This document shows, one piece after another, positions 62,996-64,000 of a DNA stretch of 64,000 nt; positions within the stretch are counted from its first letter, which is position 1, and each line of letters starts with the position of its first letter. This DNA comes from Eledone cirrhosa (taxonomy: Eukaryota). The notes below the pieces were generated by a model, which had not been told where the DNA came from, ran no database searches, and was given only the letters and a program-made list of their open reading frames with translations. The stretch spans positions 2,542,001 to 2,606,000 of the forward strand of contig OZ024751.1 of NCBI GenBank assembly GCA_964016885.1, written 5' to 3'. A program made the position numbers and the translations under genes.

Positions 62996-64000
62996 TAACT
63001 GTCATATTGAACCTTCTCTGTTTGACTTTCATATTGAACCTTCTCTGTTGAACTGTAATATTGAACCTTCTCTGTTTAACTGTCATATTGAACTTTCTCT
63101 GTTGAACTCTCATGCTGAACCTTCCTTGTTGAACTGTCATTTTGAACCTTCCCTGTTGAACTGTCATGCTGAACCTTCCCTCTTTAACTGTCATGCTGAA
63201 CCTTCTATGTTGAACTGTCATGCTGAACCTTCCCTGTTGAACTGTCATGTTGGACCTTCTCTGTTTAACTGTCATATTGAACTTTGTCTGTTGAACTGTC
63301 ATGCTGAACCTTCCCTATTAAACTGTCATGTTGAATCTTCTCTGTTGAACTGTCATATTGAACCTTCTCTGTTGAACTGTCCTGTTGGACATTCTCTGTT
63401 GAACTGTCATATTGAACCTTCTCTGTAGAACTGTCATATTGAACCTATTTGCTTAACTGTGATATTGAACTTTCTCTGTTGAACTGTCATACTGAACCTT
63501 CTCTGTTGAACTGTCATATTGAACATTCTCTGTTGAACTGTCATGTGTGAACCTTCCCTATTGAACTGTCATGTTGGACCTTCTCTGTTTAACTGTCATG
63601 TTGGACCGTCTCTGTTGAACTGTCATATTGAACCTTCTCTGTTTAACTATCATATTGAACTTTCTCTGTTGAAGTGTCATGCTGAACCTTCCCTATTGAA
63701 CTGTCATGTTGAATCTTCTCTGTTTAACTGTCATATTGAACATTCTCTGTTCAACTGTCATGCTGAACCTTCCCTGTTGAACTGTCATGTTGGACCGTCT
63801 CTGTTGAACTGTCATATTGAACCTTCTCTGTTTAACTATCATATTGAACTTTCTCTGTTGAACTGTCATGCTGAACCTTCCCTATTGAACTGTCATGTTG
63901 AATCTTCTCTGTTTAACTGTCATATTGAACATTCTCTGTTCAACTGTCATGCTGAACCTTTCCTGTTGAACTGTCATGTTGGACCTTCCCTGTTGAACTG

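Larger units (their letters stand above)
1..64000. repeat. 27-bp satellite DNA tandem array, consensus TGTTGAACTGTCATATTGAACCTTCTC, about 2,370 head-to-tail monomers; runs to both window edges
   Basis: Every line can be parsed into the 27-mer. Recurrent variable sites are TTG/TTT/TTC-AAC, CAT-ATT/GTT/GCT/ACT, GAA/GGA, CCT/CTT/CAT/TCT and TCT/TCC. The ORF track shows an exact 9-aa period on both strands throughout, always in the same orientation. Confidence 0.99.

Noticed and set aside
873-63302. Long - strand ORFs (MTVQQRRFN)n up to 699 aa, and short (DSSTEKVQY)n ORFs
   Set aside because: Same artefact. An ATG occurs in almost every monomer, the ORFs overlap equally long antisense ORFs, and there is no synonymous-site bias. 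Translation cannot be excluded without Ribo-seq or proteomics, but nothing in the sequence supports it.
3-63428. Long + strand ORFs encoding (NCHIEPSLL)n, superficially a Cys/His metal-binding or LRR-like repeat protein (up to 662 aa)
   Set aside because: They follow automatically from a 27-bp unit with a stop-free frame. Starts are mostly TTG within the repeat, stops and frameshifts are scattered and copied along with the duplications, the common variants are largely non-synonymous, and there is no unique N- or C-terminal domain.
1-64000. CRISPR array (GTTGAAC / ATTGAAC resemble CRISPR repeat termini; unit size near 30 bp)
   Set aside because: There are no unique spacers: the DNA between the conserved cores is itself a fixed 5-8 bp repeat with few alleles. 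No leader or cas genes are present.
1-64000. Telomerase-synthesised long telomeric repeat
   Set aside because: There is no G-rich strand, and variants are inherited in kb-scale blocks, which indicates recombinational amplification rather than templated addition. A subtelomeric location is not excluded.
1-64000. Diversity-generating or antigenic-variation cassette system (variant units as an information store)
   Set aside because: No recombinase, reverse transcriptase, expression site or flanking conserved gene is present. The variant patterns are adequately explained by ordinary satellite turnover.
1-64000. Embedded transposon, rRNA/tRNA gene, inversion or unique island
   Set aside because: None was seen while reading through; even the most degenerate spots (about 2430, 8215, 10850, 33840) still align to the 27-mer in the same orientation.
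1-64000. Synthetic or purely artefactual sequence (concatemer or assembly-generated repeat)
   Set aside because: Hierarchical shared variants, domain-restricted alleles and SNVs between duplicates indicate natural evolution. The exact copy number of the youngest duplicates still needs read validation.

Overview
The whole 64 kb window is one uninterrupted, head-to-tail tandem array (satellite DNA) of a 27-bp monomer, consensus TGTTGAACTGTCATATTGAACCTTCTC (about 2,370 copies; consensus 37% GC; + strand T-rich). I saw no inversion, transposon insertion, unique sequence, RNA gene or credible protein-coding gene. The ORF track is an artefact: 27 bp is 9 codons and three of six frames of the consensus have no stop (NCHIEPSLL, MTVQQRRFN, DSSTEKVQY). 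The structure worth attention is internal to the array. (1) The monomer is a diverged 13+14 bp dimer, and reciprocal 13- and 14-bp half-monomer deletions are present. (2) Each monomer carries two short dyads, GTTnAAC and GAAnnTTC (the latter matches a two-unit heat-shock element), with many common variants at the unpaired centres. (3) Monomer variants follow a non-random order. (4) There are nested, recent higher-order duplications (periods 108-323 bp, and 1672, 1782, 2079, 2872, 3619 and about 3.5-4.1 kb), with diagnostic variants confined to domains. The source is probably eukaryotic heterochromatin (inference); I cannot identify the organism or satellite family. I found no new gene system, and all functional ideas below are hypotheses. 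Block boundaries were read by eye and are approximate to within 1-2 monomers.
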